A DNA stretch of 63,903 bases, filler included, from an uncultured Myxococcia bacterium (GTDB lineage Bacteria; CAZTWC01), in NCBI GenBank assembly GCA_964617105.1. It is 6 parts of 6 records of this genome, joined end to end, with 100 filler letters (N's around TTAATTAATTAA, not from the genome) between each part and the next. Parts side by side here need not be neighbours in the genome. Positions count along the whole stretch, not along the records: positions 32,704 to 43,368 come from CAZTWC010000110.1; positions 43,469 to 54,129 come from CAZTWC010000111.1; 4 more parts are not named here. One strand, given 5' to 3'. Shown here piece by piece: positions 38,785 through 47,311 of the stretch; positions within the stretch are counted from its first letter, which is position 1, and the number at the start of each line of letters is the position of its first letter. A program made the position numbers and the translations under genes. Under the pieces are notes generated by a model. It worked only from the letters and a program-made list of their open reading frames with translations. It had not been told where the DNA came from and made no database searches.

Positions 38785-40323
38785 ATGCCAAGACCCAGAA
38801 AACCTATTTTTGAGATGGACCAGAAAAAATTAGTGGCAATATTGAAAGACCCGGTAAGGTGGGGTGAGTTTTTTTTGCTGAACCGGGATAGGAGTAGGCG
38901 CAAATACTGGAGTCACCAGAAAGATGATTTGCGCTGTAAAGCAAGTTTTATCGTTCACAGGGACGGCCGGGACACAGGTAAGACCGTATCTCTTACCACC
39001 CATCTCCTTAATTATGCCTTTACCACCAGGGGAGGCTCGGTCCTGGTAGCGGCACCCCACCAGGCCCAACTTGATACTCTGGTGGATGAGTTTGAGTTCC
39101 AATTGGAAAACTGTTCCGATCTACAGGCCAGTATCGCCAAAAACAAAATTGGCGCTCCCAAGGTAGTTAGAAAACCGTATTTCAAAGTGGAATTTGCCAA
39201 TGGCACAGTGGTCCACTTTCGACCGGGCGGCCCTTACGGAGAGGCATTTCGTTCATTACACGTGCAGATGCTCTATATTGACGAGGCTGCGTATATACCG
39301 GACAAAGCCTGGAAGGCCCTGAGAATGTGTCTTTTAGAAAACGGCAGGATGAGAGTTTACTCTACTCCCAACGGTATCCGCGGCTCCTATTACTACAAAA
39401 TTACCAAATCAGATGATTGGGAACTTTTTCACTGGCCCAGTTGGATAACTCCTCGGTGGAGCAAAGAGAGGGAGCGCTATTTGCTGAGTTTTTACGGCGG
39501 CAAAGATACAGTTGACTGGCAGCACGAGATTGCCGGCGAGCATGGTAAACCCAGTTTTGGGGCCTTTAATATGGAACAGTATTACCGCTGCATGGGTGAT
39601 GTAAAGGAATATCAGCGGATTTTTATCACCGGTGAGCAGTTTAAGGATTGTGACAGTGAAGATGAGATCAAAGAGCGGGTGAATACGCTACTGAATTTGT
39701 CGAAGCACTCAGGGATTTACTATCTGGGAGGTGATCTGGGTTATACAGCCGATCCAACTGAACTAATATTGTTTGCCTTAACTTCCGACACTATGCGGCT
39801 GGTGCTGCGGGTTCATGCTGAGCAGGTGGCCTATCCGATTATTAGCGAACTGATTGCCGCCATAGACAGATACTACCAGCCAGCGGCCATCGGTTTAGAC
39901 AAGGGTGGTAACGGCCTGGCAGTGATGCAGGAACTTCTTACTCTGGACAAGTTTACCGAAAACCAACTGACAGACAGATTGGAGGGGTTTGATTTTGGCG
40001 GCTCCACCATTATTGGCCAGGATGAATATGCTGCCCCGATTAAAAAACGGACCAAGGAATATATGACCCAACTTATCAACTTTGCTCTGGCCAAAAAGCG
40101 GGTGAAATTTCCTGCTGATGACCACGAGATAGAGGACCAGTTCGCAGATCACACTTATCATATTGGCGAGCGGGGGATTATCTACTCCAAAGGTAAAGAC
40201 CATATCATCGATGCTATCAGGTGTGCTTTTTTAGCCCGGGAGATGAATCGGCTTAATGAATATATTGATCAGGAAGAGGAAGTTTACATCCCTTGTATGG
40301 CCACAGAGCCAATTTTTAGATAA
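38785..40323 (+). CDS. terL: Phage terminase large subunit
   Basis: Q motif (WSHQ), GRDTGKT Walker A, LYIDEAAY Walker B, STPNG, GGDLGY..DPT nuclease and DHIIDAIR motifs. Confidence 0.92.
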   Translation: MPRPRKPIFEMDQKKLVAILKDPVRWGEFFLLNRDRSRRKYWSHQKDDLRCKASFIVHRDGRDTGKTVSLTTHLLNYAFTTRGGSVLVAAPHQAQLDTLVDEFEFQLENCSDLQASIAKNKIGAPKVVRKPYFKVEFANGTVVHFRPGGPYGEAFRSLHVQMLYIDEAAYIPDKAWKALRMCLLENGRMRVYSTPNGIRGSYYYKITKSDDWELFHWPSWITPRWSKERERYLLSFYGGKDTVDWQHEIAGEHGKPSFGAFNMEQYYRCMGDVKEYQRIFITGEQFKDCDSEDEIKERVNTLLNLSKHSGIYYLGGDLGYTADPTELILFALTSDTMRLVLRVHAEQVAYPIISELIAAIDRYYQPAAIGLDKGGNGLAVMQELLTLDKFTENQLTDRLEGFDFGGSTIIGQDEYAAPIKKRTKEYMTQLINFALAKKRVKFPADDHEIEDQFADHTYHIGERGIIYSKGKDHIIDAIRCAFLAREMNRLNEYIDQEEEVYIPCMATEPIFR

Positions 40324-40345
40324 CGAACGAGTATAGGAGGAAACC

Positions 40346-41686
40346 ATGAGACAGACAGGTAAAACAAAAAAACAGGAAAAGATGCTCACCGCAGCATCTC
40401 TGGACCCTGGTGTATTCAACCAGCACACTGCGGGAGAGACTGTGCCGGAAAAATGGATTGATGTGGCCCGTAAAGCCTGGGAGTATTACCGGACAGAGCC
40501 GATAGTGTCAAATGCTGTCAACTCCTGGCGGGTCTTTGCCATTGGCGATGAAATCGGCATTTCCTGTGAAGATGAGAGTGCTGAAAAGGAGATCAAAGAG
40601 GTGTTCTACCGACTCAATTTGAATCGATTTGTCAAAGACATGGTTTTGCAACTTTTAGTCAAGGGTGATGCTGTTGGCTATTTTAACCGCACCAATGATG
40701 GGACCGACATCGAGAAGGTGACCTGCGTAAATCCTATCTCGGTGGAGATGAAATTTGACAATGATGTTCTAATCGAGGTAGTTCAAAAATCCAGTCTGGC
40801 TTCAGGAGTAACAGAGGAAAAGACGGTTAACCTGCTATTGGACCAGATGGTCCATCAAAAATGGAACGCCACTGAGTTTTGTTTGCGGGGCAACTCTATG
40901 ATCCTGCCAGCCTTTGATGCCATAGAGTTATTGAGAGACTATCGTCGGGCAGAGCGGGCCATTGCCAAAAGGTGGGCAACTCCTTTGCGGTTTATCAAGG
41001 TGGGCGGATACTATGGCAACAAGTTGATAAAACCAACGGCCAAAATGATCGATGATATCCGTAAAGAGATGAACAACCTGGATTTGAACTCAGGATTGGT
41101 GGTGCCCTTTTTTGTCAAGGCTGAAACCTATGGCACTAACGGCGCCTTAGATACCGAGGGCAAGGTCAAGCAGATAAAAGAAGATATTTTGGTGGCGCTT
41201 GGTATGTCCAGAAGTATTATCGCCGGTGATGGCCCTAACTTTGCCACCGCCAGTATATCGCTGCAAAAAATGGTTATTGGGTTAAAAGAGATCAAACAGA
41301 GAGCCAGGGAACTGCTGGACTGGGTATTTGGCGAATGGATGCTGCTCAAGGGGTACAAAGATATCGCCGTCAATTACCACTTCAATGATCTGGATTTGCA
41401 TAACGAGACAGATATCAAAAAATTGTTTGTGGATATGTATGACCGGGGGCTCATGTCAAAAAAGACGCTACAGACTAAAATCGGTCTTGATCCGGTGGTG
41501 GAAGAGAGCGGCAAAAGCCAGGAAAGAGTTATTCTCGACACTAATTGGAGTGTTCAGGATATAGTCCAATTGGTATCTTTGGGAATACTGACACCCGAGG
41601 AATCGAGGCGGATGCTGGGATTGGAAGGCGATGGCGAGGTAGAGGATGAGGCCGGCGCCACTGAGGCTATTTACCAGATGATGTAA
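40346..41686 (+). CDS. Phage portal protein
   Basis: 446 aa directly after terL; EPIV.NAV, LLVKGDA and G.S.ILPAF..IELL portal-like segments. Confidence 0.75.
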   Translation: MRQTGKTKKQEKMLTAASLDPGVFNQHTAGETVPEKWIDVARKAWEYYRTEPIVSNAVNSWRVFAIGDEIGISCEDESAEKEIKEVFYRLNLNRFVKDMVLQLLVKGDAVGYFNRTNDGTDIEKVTCVNPISVEMKFDNDVLIEVVQKSSLASGVTEEKTVNLLLDQMVHQKWNATEFCLRGNSMILPAFDAIELLRDYRRAERAIAKRWATPLRFIKVGGYYGNKLIKPTAKMIDDIRKEMNNLDLNSGLVVPFFVKAETYGTNGALDTEGKVKQIKEDILVALGMSRSIIAGDGPNFATASISLQKMVIGLKEIKQRARELLDWVFGEWMLLKGYKDIAVNYHFNDLDLHNETDIKKLFVDMYDRGLMSKKTLQTKIGLDPVVEESGKSQERVILDTNWSVQDIVQLVSLGILTPEESRRMLGLEGDGEVEDEAGATEAIYQMM

Positions 41687-41759
41687 ATCTGGCATTGGAC
41701 TTCATTACAACTGGGCTAATCAAGATAGAATAGAGGACAAGGAACAGGGGCACTTTTAG

Positions 41760-42638
41760 ATGGACAAGGTTATGGTTACACTCAAATCGCAAGCCAAGAC
41801 CGATAGCAACGAAAGCCAGATTATCACCAAAATCAGGACTGGTCAGGATAAGTTAACCAACAAACAGGCGCAGGAGTTGGAGACCGTTCTGGCCACAGCC
41901 GCTAAAAAGATCAGGGAGCAGATCTATTACTATGAAGAGATGGCCATGGTCTCCCCGGCCTTGCCGCAAAGCCAGGCGGTGCGATTGGCCTATCTGCCAG
42001 CCATCAAGGAGATGGTGGATCAGATAAAGGAAGAGTTATCCAGAGAACTTTCATCTATCGCCCCTGCCCAGGTTGAGGAAGCGGTAAAGGCTGGGATTGC
42101 CAGCGGCATTGTTGAGTTCAAATATCGGGGAGTGACCGGATATGAAGAATTGAAAACGGCTGAAATTCTCGGTCTGATGGAGAGCTTCCTGCCGGGAGTG
42201 GATACCGAAGCACTGCAGTTTTTACAAAACTACCGTATTCAACTGATGGGCAATCTATCGGAGCAACTCTGTCATGATATCAAAATGAGGATATCTGGCG
42301 GGATTATCAGCGGTAAAAACACTCCTCAGATAGTGCGGGAGATCGGCCGGGTGATAAAGGACAAAGAGGCGTTCAGGCGGGCGGGCAAGACTGTGTTCAA
42401 GAGTGCCCAGCAACGGTTGATGCTAATCTGCCGCACTGAAATCAATCGAGCCCACAACCACGGCCGCTTGCACTTTTACAAAGAGACCGGAGTTAAGAAA
42501 GTCAAGTGGTGGGCGGCCCTGGACAGGCGGTGTTGCCCGGAGTGTTCTGGTCGGCATGGACAGGTGTATGATGTGGGTAAGGTGGAGGCACCCAGTCTTC
42601 ACCCCCGTTGTCGTTGTTCCCTGTTTGCAGTGGTCTAA
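41760..42638 (+). CDS. Phage minor head protein (SPP1 gp7 / Mu gpF family)
   Basis: R...I.RTE..RAHN.G, W.A.LD.R.C..C...HG and P.LHPRCRC motifs. Confidence 0.9.
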   Translation: MDKVMVTLKSQAKTDSNESQIITKIRTGQDKLTNKQAQELETVLATAAKKIREQIYYYEEMAMVSPALPQSQAVRLAYLPAIKEMVDQIKEELSRELSSIAPAQVEEAVKAGIASGIVEFKYRGVTGYEELKTAEILGLMESFLPGVDTEALQFLQNYRIQLMGNLSEQLCHDIKMRISGGIISGKNTPQIVREIGRVIKDKEAFRRAGKTVFKSAQQRLMLICRTEINRAHNHGRLHFYKETGVKKVKWWAALDRRCCPECSGRHGQVYDVGKVEAPSLHPRCRCSLFAVV

Positions 42639-42656
42639 TGGCTAAGATGAATAGAA

Positions 42657-43016
42657 CTACTTTCTGTCTCGAATATTTGCCGTTGGCGGCTGAAATTGCT
42701 GAGTAATATACTCCCGTAAAACCTTGTTTATTTTGGTTTGATATTTACCACCCTGGGCTTTAAACCAGGAGATAATATCAGAATCGAGACGTATAGTAAC
42801 AACTTTTTTAACTGGACGGTAAAACTTACCACGAGCAGCATCTGGCCAATCTGCAACTGAAGGAAGTTCCGGGTCTGTTAAATCAATTTTACTGTCATCC
42901 ATCATCGATAAAGCATCTATTTCTTCTTCCATTTCAGGGGAGACCTTGTAAATATCGTCTCCAATCACGCGAGTGACCTTTCCTGGCCGAGATGATTCTG
43001 ATGATTTCTTCCCCAT
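42657..43016 (-). CDS. brnA: BrnA antitoxin
   Basis: RPVKKVVTIRLDSDIISWFKAQGGKYQTKINKVLR ribbon-helix-helix signature. Confidence 0.92.
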   Translation of the reverse strand: MGKKSSESSRPGKVTRVIGDDIYKVSPEMEEEIDALSMMDDSKIDLTDPELPSVADWPDAARGKFYRPVKKVVTIRLDSDIISWFKAQGGKYQTKINKVLREYITQQFQPPTANIRDRK

Positions 43017-43227
43017 TTTTATCCTCCTCCACTACGTGGGCTACCTGCAAGAGTAAGCGTTCTGTTGCCAGGCCAATACTGATCCATCTCTCCTCGCCAT
43101 AATCATAACGGTTATCCAGCCACGTTAATATGTTTGGATCATTAAAGGCAAGCATGGCAACCTCAAAACTAACTCCATGCTTTTTCTGGTTACTTTTATT
43201 TTTGTTTTCATCCCACTCAAATATCAT
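42934..43227 (-). CDS. brnT: BrnT ribonuclease toxin
   Basis: FEWDENKN.SN.KKHGVSF, YGEERW.SIG and IRIISARK motifs. Confidence 0.93.
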   Translation of the reverse strand: MIFEWDENKNKSNQKKHGVSFEVAMLAFNDPNILTWLDNRYDYGEERWISIGLATERLLLQVAHVVEEDKNGEEIIRIISARKGHSRDWRRYLQGLP

Positions 43228-43245
43228 TCTACCACAATATAATTA

Positions 43246-43265
43246 TATTTACAAAATTGTAAATA
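43246..43265. promoter_or_regulatory. Palindromic operator upstream of brnT
   Basis: Perfect TATTTACAA-AA-TTGTAAATA inverted repeat just upstream of the brnT ATG. Confidence 0.6.
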
Positions 43266-43468
43266 CTTTTATCGAGGTTACTTAAATTTTTGTCAGCTCA
43301 GTTGTTGGATAATAAGAACACTTTTTTTCTTCTGCGACCTCACATTCAGAAATAATTTTTCAAGGCATNNNNNNNNNNNNNNNNNNNNNNNNNNNNNNNN
43401 NNNNNNNNNNNNTTAATTAATTAANNNNNNNNNNNNNNNNNNNNNNNNNNNNNNNNNNNNNNNNNNNN

Positions 43469-44090
43469 AATACTCATCTCCCCGCTCGCTCATATATCGC
43501 GGATATTGAGAAAAATCTATATTGCCCACTCGATAATTAAGGCCAATCCCCTGTGATTCTACCCGGTGGGAACAACCGACCTGAGCCATGACAATTCCAT
43601 CACCAGTGGCATCGATCACCACTTTTGCCAAAATAACCTTTTTGCCAGATATATTGTCAATTACAACCCCTTGAATACGTTTTCCATCTTCGTTTATTAC
43701 ATCGGTAACATAGGTATGCAAATAGAGTTTTACACCACTGGCCAACAGTTGTTGCTGAGATATCAATTTTAATCCCTCAGGATCAAACATATCCCGTTTT
43801 GGACCCGACCCCTGGTATAGAAAACCCCGTCTGAGCATCTCTTGAGCCAGATGATCGCCAATGGCAGGGCAAATATTTTCCTGGCCATTGCTGTACCCAT
43901 CCAACTCCAACACCAGCCCACCGGTAGCCAGTCCACCCAGATAACCACACTTTTCCACCAATACTGTTCTACACCCTTTTTGGGCGGCAGCAATAGCAGC
44001 AGTAGTACCAGCCGAACCACCACCCACCACCACCACATCCACAGTGTCAACGACTTTTAATTTTCTTGAAATTTTGATAGATTTTGACAT
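43469..44090 (-). CDS. FAD-dependent oxidoreductase (3' partial)
   Basis: DVVVVGGGSAG...AIAAA..G....LVE...LGG..T.G and AKVVIDATGDG motifs. Confidence 0.9.
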
Positions 44091-44190
44091 TGTTATCCTT
44101 GTAATTTATTACCGCGATTACTATTTCTGTTAATTATACTGCAAAAAGTGCCCACCTATTTTTTTCAGCCGGCTCGTTAATTGCTGCTGT

Positions 44191-45354
44191 TTATAAGGTT
44201 CTATATAGTGAATAGACCGGCCAAATTTCCACCCCATCAATTTCGGCATAACTCTGAGATCTGCAGATTAATATCTTTCTCAAAGGGACCTTCTTTTTTA
44301 TTTGAAAATCGATTAATCCCTTTACATCTGATCGTTCAGGTCTCTGAGTGGTTTTTATCTCAATGGCAGTTACCATCGACCCTTCATCGATGATCAGATC
44401 TATTTCCCGTCCTTTTTCTGACTTGTAATAATAGAAAAAGTCGCAATCAAAACGCCCCAACTTTCTCCTTTTCTCCAGTTCACTAATAACCAATAACTCG
44501 AACAATTGACCTTCTGAAAGTTGGAGATTAAGGGCCATGGGAATAGAAATATCGGCAAAATAGTATTTACTGCTTTTCAACTGCCGCTTGGAAGAACCAT
44601 ATTGATATCCAGTTAAGCGAAATATTATCCGGGAAGCCTCCAAAACGTTCAGATATTTCTTGGCCGTTGGGTGGCTCAGTCCACTTTCTTTGGCAATGGA
44701 ACTTATTTCAACCCGTGATTGCGTTGAAACACCAAGAAAATTTAGGCAGCCCAGCAGCCCCCTAAAATTCTCAATATTTGTCAGGAACATCAGATCTCTG
44801 GTAAAAAAAGTGTTTTTGTAGTCTTGCAAAATTTCCAATTTCTGTTCATTGCCGTTACAGTCAACTACTTCAGGGAAACCTCCAAATCTCATCCATCTGC
44901 TCAACTCTCTTGAAGCCTCTTTAATCTCTAAACTGTTAGGTTTATGTTCAAGAGATCTACCGAGATTAGGTCCCTTATCCTCTCCATAGCAAAGGGTTGG
45001 ACATTCGAATATTTTTATTCTGCCAGCCAGGGTTTCAGCACTGGAAGAGAGCAATCCGAGGGTGCTTGAACCGGTCATTAATACAATTTGCCGGTAATTA
45101 TCAATTCTATCTTTAACAGCAATTAAGAGCCTGGGCACCCGTTGGATTTCATCAATAACAACTAATTTATGGTCAGAACCTAAAAAGAGATCTTTGGGAT
45201 CTTGTTCAGCTATCTGAAGAAAGTCAAAGTCATCTAACGTGATATACTTTGCTTCAGGGAAAAGTTTTTTTAACAGAGTTGTCTTTCCTGCCCTCCTAAC
45301 ACCGATGAGCAGCAATGACTTATTTCCACTAATATTTAACCATCTCTCAATCAT
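44191..45354 (-). CDS. AAA_14/DUF4143 ATP-binding protein
   Basis: GVRRAGKTT, IDEIQ, TGSS, ETLAGR, GGFPE, KYYFAD, EIDLII and IEIK motifs. Confidence 0.9.
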   Translation of the reverse strand: MIERWLNISGNKSLLLIGVRRAGKTTLLKKLFPEAKYITLDDFDFLQIAEQDPKDLFLGSDHKLVVIDEIQRVPRLLIAVKDRIDNYRQIVLMTGSSTLGLLSSSAETLAGRIKIFECPTLCYGEDKGPNLGRSLEHKPNSLEIKEASRELSRWMRFGGFPEVVDCNGNEQKLEILQDYKNTFFTRDLMFLTNIENFRGLLGCLNFLGVSTQSRVEISSIAKESGLSHPTAKKYLNVLEASRIIFRLTGYQYGSSKRQLKSSKYYFADISIPMALNLQLSEGQLFELLVISELEKRRKLGRFDCDFFYYYKSEKGREIDLIIDEGSMVTAIEIKTTQRPERSDVKGLIDFQIKKKVPLRKILICRSQSYAEIDGVEIWPVYSLYRTL

Positions 45355-45666
45355 ACCTTAATTATACCGGCGTAATACTGAAAGTCAAGTTATTGTTTAA
45401 CGTCATATTTCTGCAAGTCATACCGCAATTTATAACCTTTATCTCTGGTGATTTTCCATTAAAACCAAACAATTTCCACCGGGTATCCCCCATTTTTTTA
45501 TTGCGGAGCAGGTAAATCAGACCAATGGAATAAATTATACTTTGGGCGAAGGCGCTTTTATAGGATTTTGGGCCATTCTTTTTTAGTTCAATGATAGTGT
45601 AAAAGGAACTTTATCTCATAAGAAAATTTGCCTTGACAAGTTTTATCTATAGAGAAAAAATGATGG

Positions 45667-46716
45667 ATGTTAAAAAAACAGGATATGTGGATATTACCAG
45701 GATTTTTAGCCCTCATCTTTCTGAGTATTTTTGGTTTTGCTTGCTCCCAGGACAAACAGGAACAACCGAATAAACCACAGAATCAAGGAGAAATAGTCAG
45801 CCAACTCCCAGAGTTTAAGGAGAGGCGGGTAATCTTCGGCTCCGGCAATGCGTCAAAAGGGGATGGCTATCTGGCCCCTTATGCCCTGTTAAAAGATGGT
45901 ATGGTCTATCTGTATTTTACCAAAAAGGAGGGACTAAAACTCCGTATTTTCCACAGCCGCTCAAAAGATCTGCTCTCCTGGACGAACATGGAGGAGATCA
46001 GAACCCTTGACGGTGATCAAATAATTGCCTACCCCTGCGTAATCGAAAAAGATAACCAGTTTAAAATGTGGTATTCAACTGGCAACATCAACCTGGCTGA
46101 AAGTTCAGATGGCCTCAATTGGAAAACAATTGCCAAAAATGTTCTAAAACCAACTCCGGGGTCATTTGATCAGTATGCAACTATCTATCCTCGTGTTCTG
46201 CTGGAAAACGGCATTTATACAATGTTTTACTCGGGATTTGATGGCCAGGATTATGCTATTTTAAGAGCATCTTCTCCTGATGGCATCACCTGGACTAAAC
46301 AGCCAAAAAATCCCGTCCTGAAAAGAGGTAACTCAGCAGACTACGACAACCGTTCGGTAGCCCAATCTTTTGTATTTAAAAACGCTCAATATACCATGCT
46401 CTATGGCGGCTATGACACCTCTTTGACCAACCCAGGCCCTTATCGGATTCTAAAGGCGGAGTCTGCGGATGGAATTATTTGGAACAAAGTTGGAGTGGTA
46501 CTGGACATCTCTAAACCAGATAGTATTATCCCCGATATCTACTCCACCAGAGACCCGGCAATCCTGTTTTTCAAAGAAAAATATTGGCTATTCTATGCTG
46601 GGATGGGAAAAGACCAGATCTATCGAATTATGCTGGCTTCGAGCAGCCACTTCCAGGCCTCTTTTTCATTATTAAAAAATTTAACCTGGGAGGATAGGCC
46701 AGAGATATATAGATAA
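45667..46716 (+). CDS. Lipoprotein with five-bladed beta-propeller glycoside hydrolase-like fold
   Basis: FA-C lipobox; repeated blades P.V....G.Y.M.Y.G.....I..A.S.DG..W.K. Confidence 0.75.
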   Translation: MLKKQDMWILPGFLALIFLSIFGFACSQDKQEQPNKPQNQGEIVSQLPEFKERRVIFGSGNASKGDGYLAPYALLKDGMVYLYFTKKEGLKLRIFHSRSKDLLSWTNMEEIRTLDGDQIIAYPCVIEKDNQFKMWYSTGNINLAESSDGLNWKTIAKNVLKPTPGSFDQYATIYPRVLLENGIYTMFYSGFDGQDYAILRASSPDGITWTKQPKNPVLKRGNSADYDNRSVAQSFVFKNAQYTMLYGGYDTSLTNPGPYRILKAESADGIIWNKVGVVLDISKPDSIIPDIYSTRDPAILFFKEKYWLFYAGMGKDQIYRIMLASSSHFQASFSLLKNLTWEDRPEIYR

Positions 46717-47162
46717 ACGTTACACAGCATCTTTAAGATTCCCGAACCGTGTTCTACCACAGCCGCCTTACCAAAACGTGGTTTATGCACCTCCCTTTTA
46801 AACAGACGCATAGAATCCATACTGGATTTGATACGCCAGGAGGCTACAAAAAAGATATTTATTTTCTGATCATTTTTTTGGGACAAATGCCAGATCAGTT
46901 TAATGTCAATACGGGCATATTTAGGCTTATAAACAGGAGGCACTCCCAAATCATTGCGGCCACGGATCTCAATAATATTGTCCGATACCAGCCTCATTCT
47001 GGCGGTTTTGGTCTGGTACCATTTTCTTTGCGATTTTTTTTCAGCAGGCCTGCGGTCAGTTGAATCAGCCATACTATTATTATATGTATAGGCAAAAACA
47101 AAAATGATAACCGCAAAGAGAATAGATAAGTTTCTTAATTGCTCGGCCCGGGTTAGTTTCAT
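46620..47162 (-). CDS. Hypothetical membrane-anchored protein, STAS/SEC14 (SpoIIAA-like) C-terminus
   Basis: N-terminal TM helix; ends KAAVV....VKFFNNEKEAWKWL. Confidence 0.55.
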   Translation of the reverse strand: MKLTRAEQLRNLSILFAVIIFVFAYTYNNSMADSTDRRPAEKKSQRKWYQTKTARMRLVSDNIIEIRGRNDLGVPPVYKPKYARIDIKLIWHLSQKNDQKINIFFVASWRIKSSMDSMRLFKREVHKPRFGKAAVVEHGSGILKMLCNVYLYISGLSSQVKFFNNEKEAWKWLLEASIIR

Positions 47163-47311
47163 AATAATTCCTTCCAACAAACTATAACCCAAGAAAAACC
47201 CCTGGCTTCAGTTGTAGGCAGTGATCCCCGGGGGTTAACCCGGGGTCTGGTTGATCTGCTATGTTGTGGTTAACCACCCTCTGCTGTGATGCAGAAAGTT
47301 CGGTGGACGAT

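Larger units (their letters stand above)
36509..38785 (+). other. 758-codon antisense ORF bridging terS-like gene and terL (coding status unknown)
   Basis: AGGAGG at 36498-36503, ATG at 36509, no stop for 2274 nt, and TAA overlapping the terL ATG. Codon-for-codon antisense to two real genes. Confidence 0.35.
32704..43227. mobile_element. Prophage segment (replication-like gene, packaging and head genes, tyrosine recombinase, BrnTA)
   Basis: Co-oriented terL-portal-minor head genes with phage-like small ORFs; the boundaries lie outside the contig. Confidence 0.85.
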
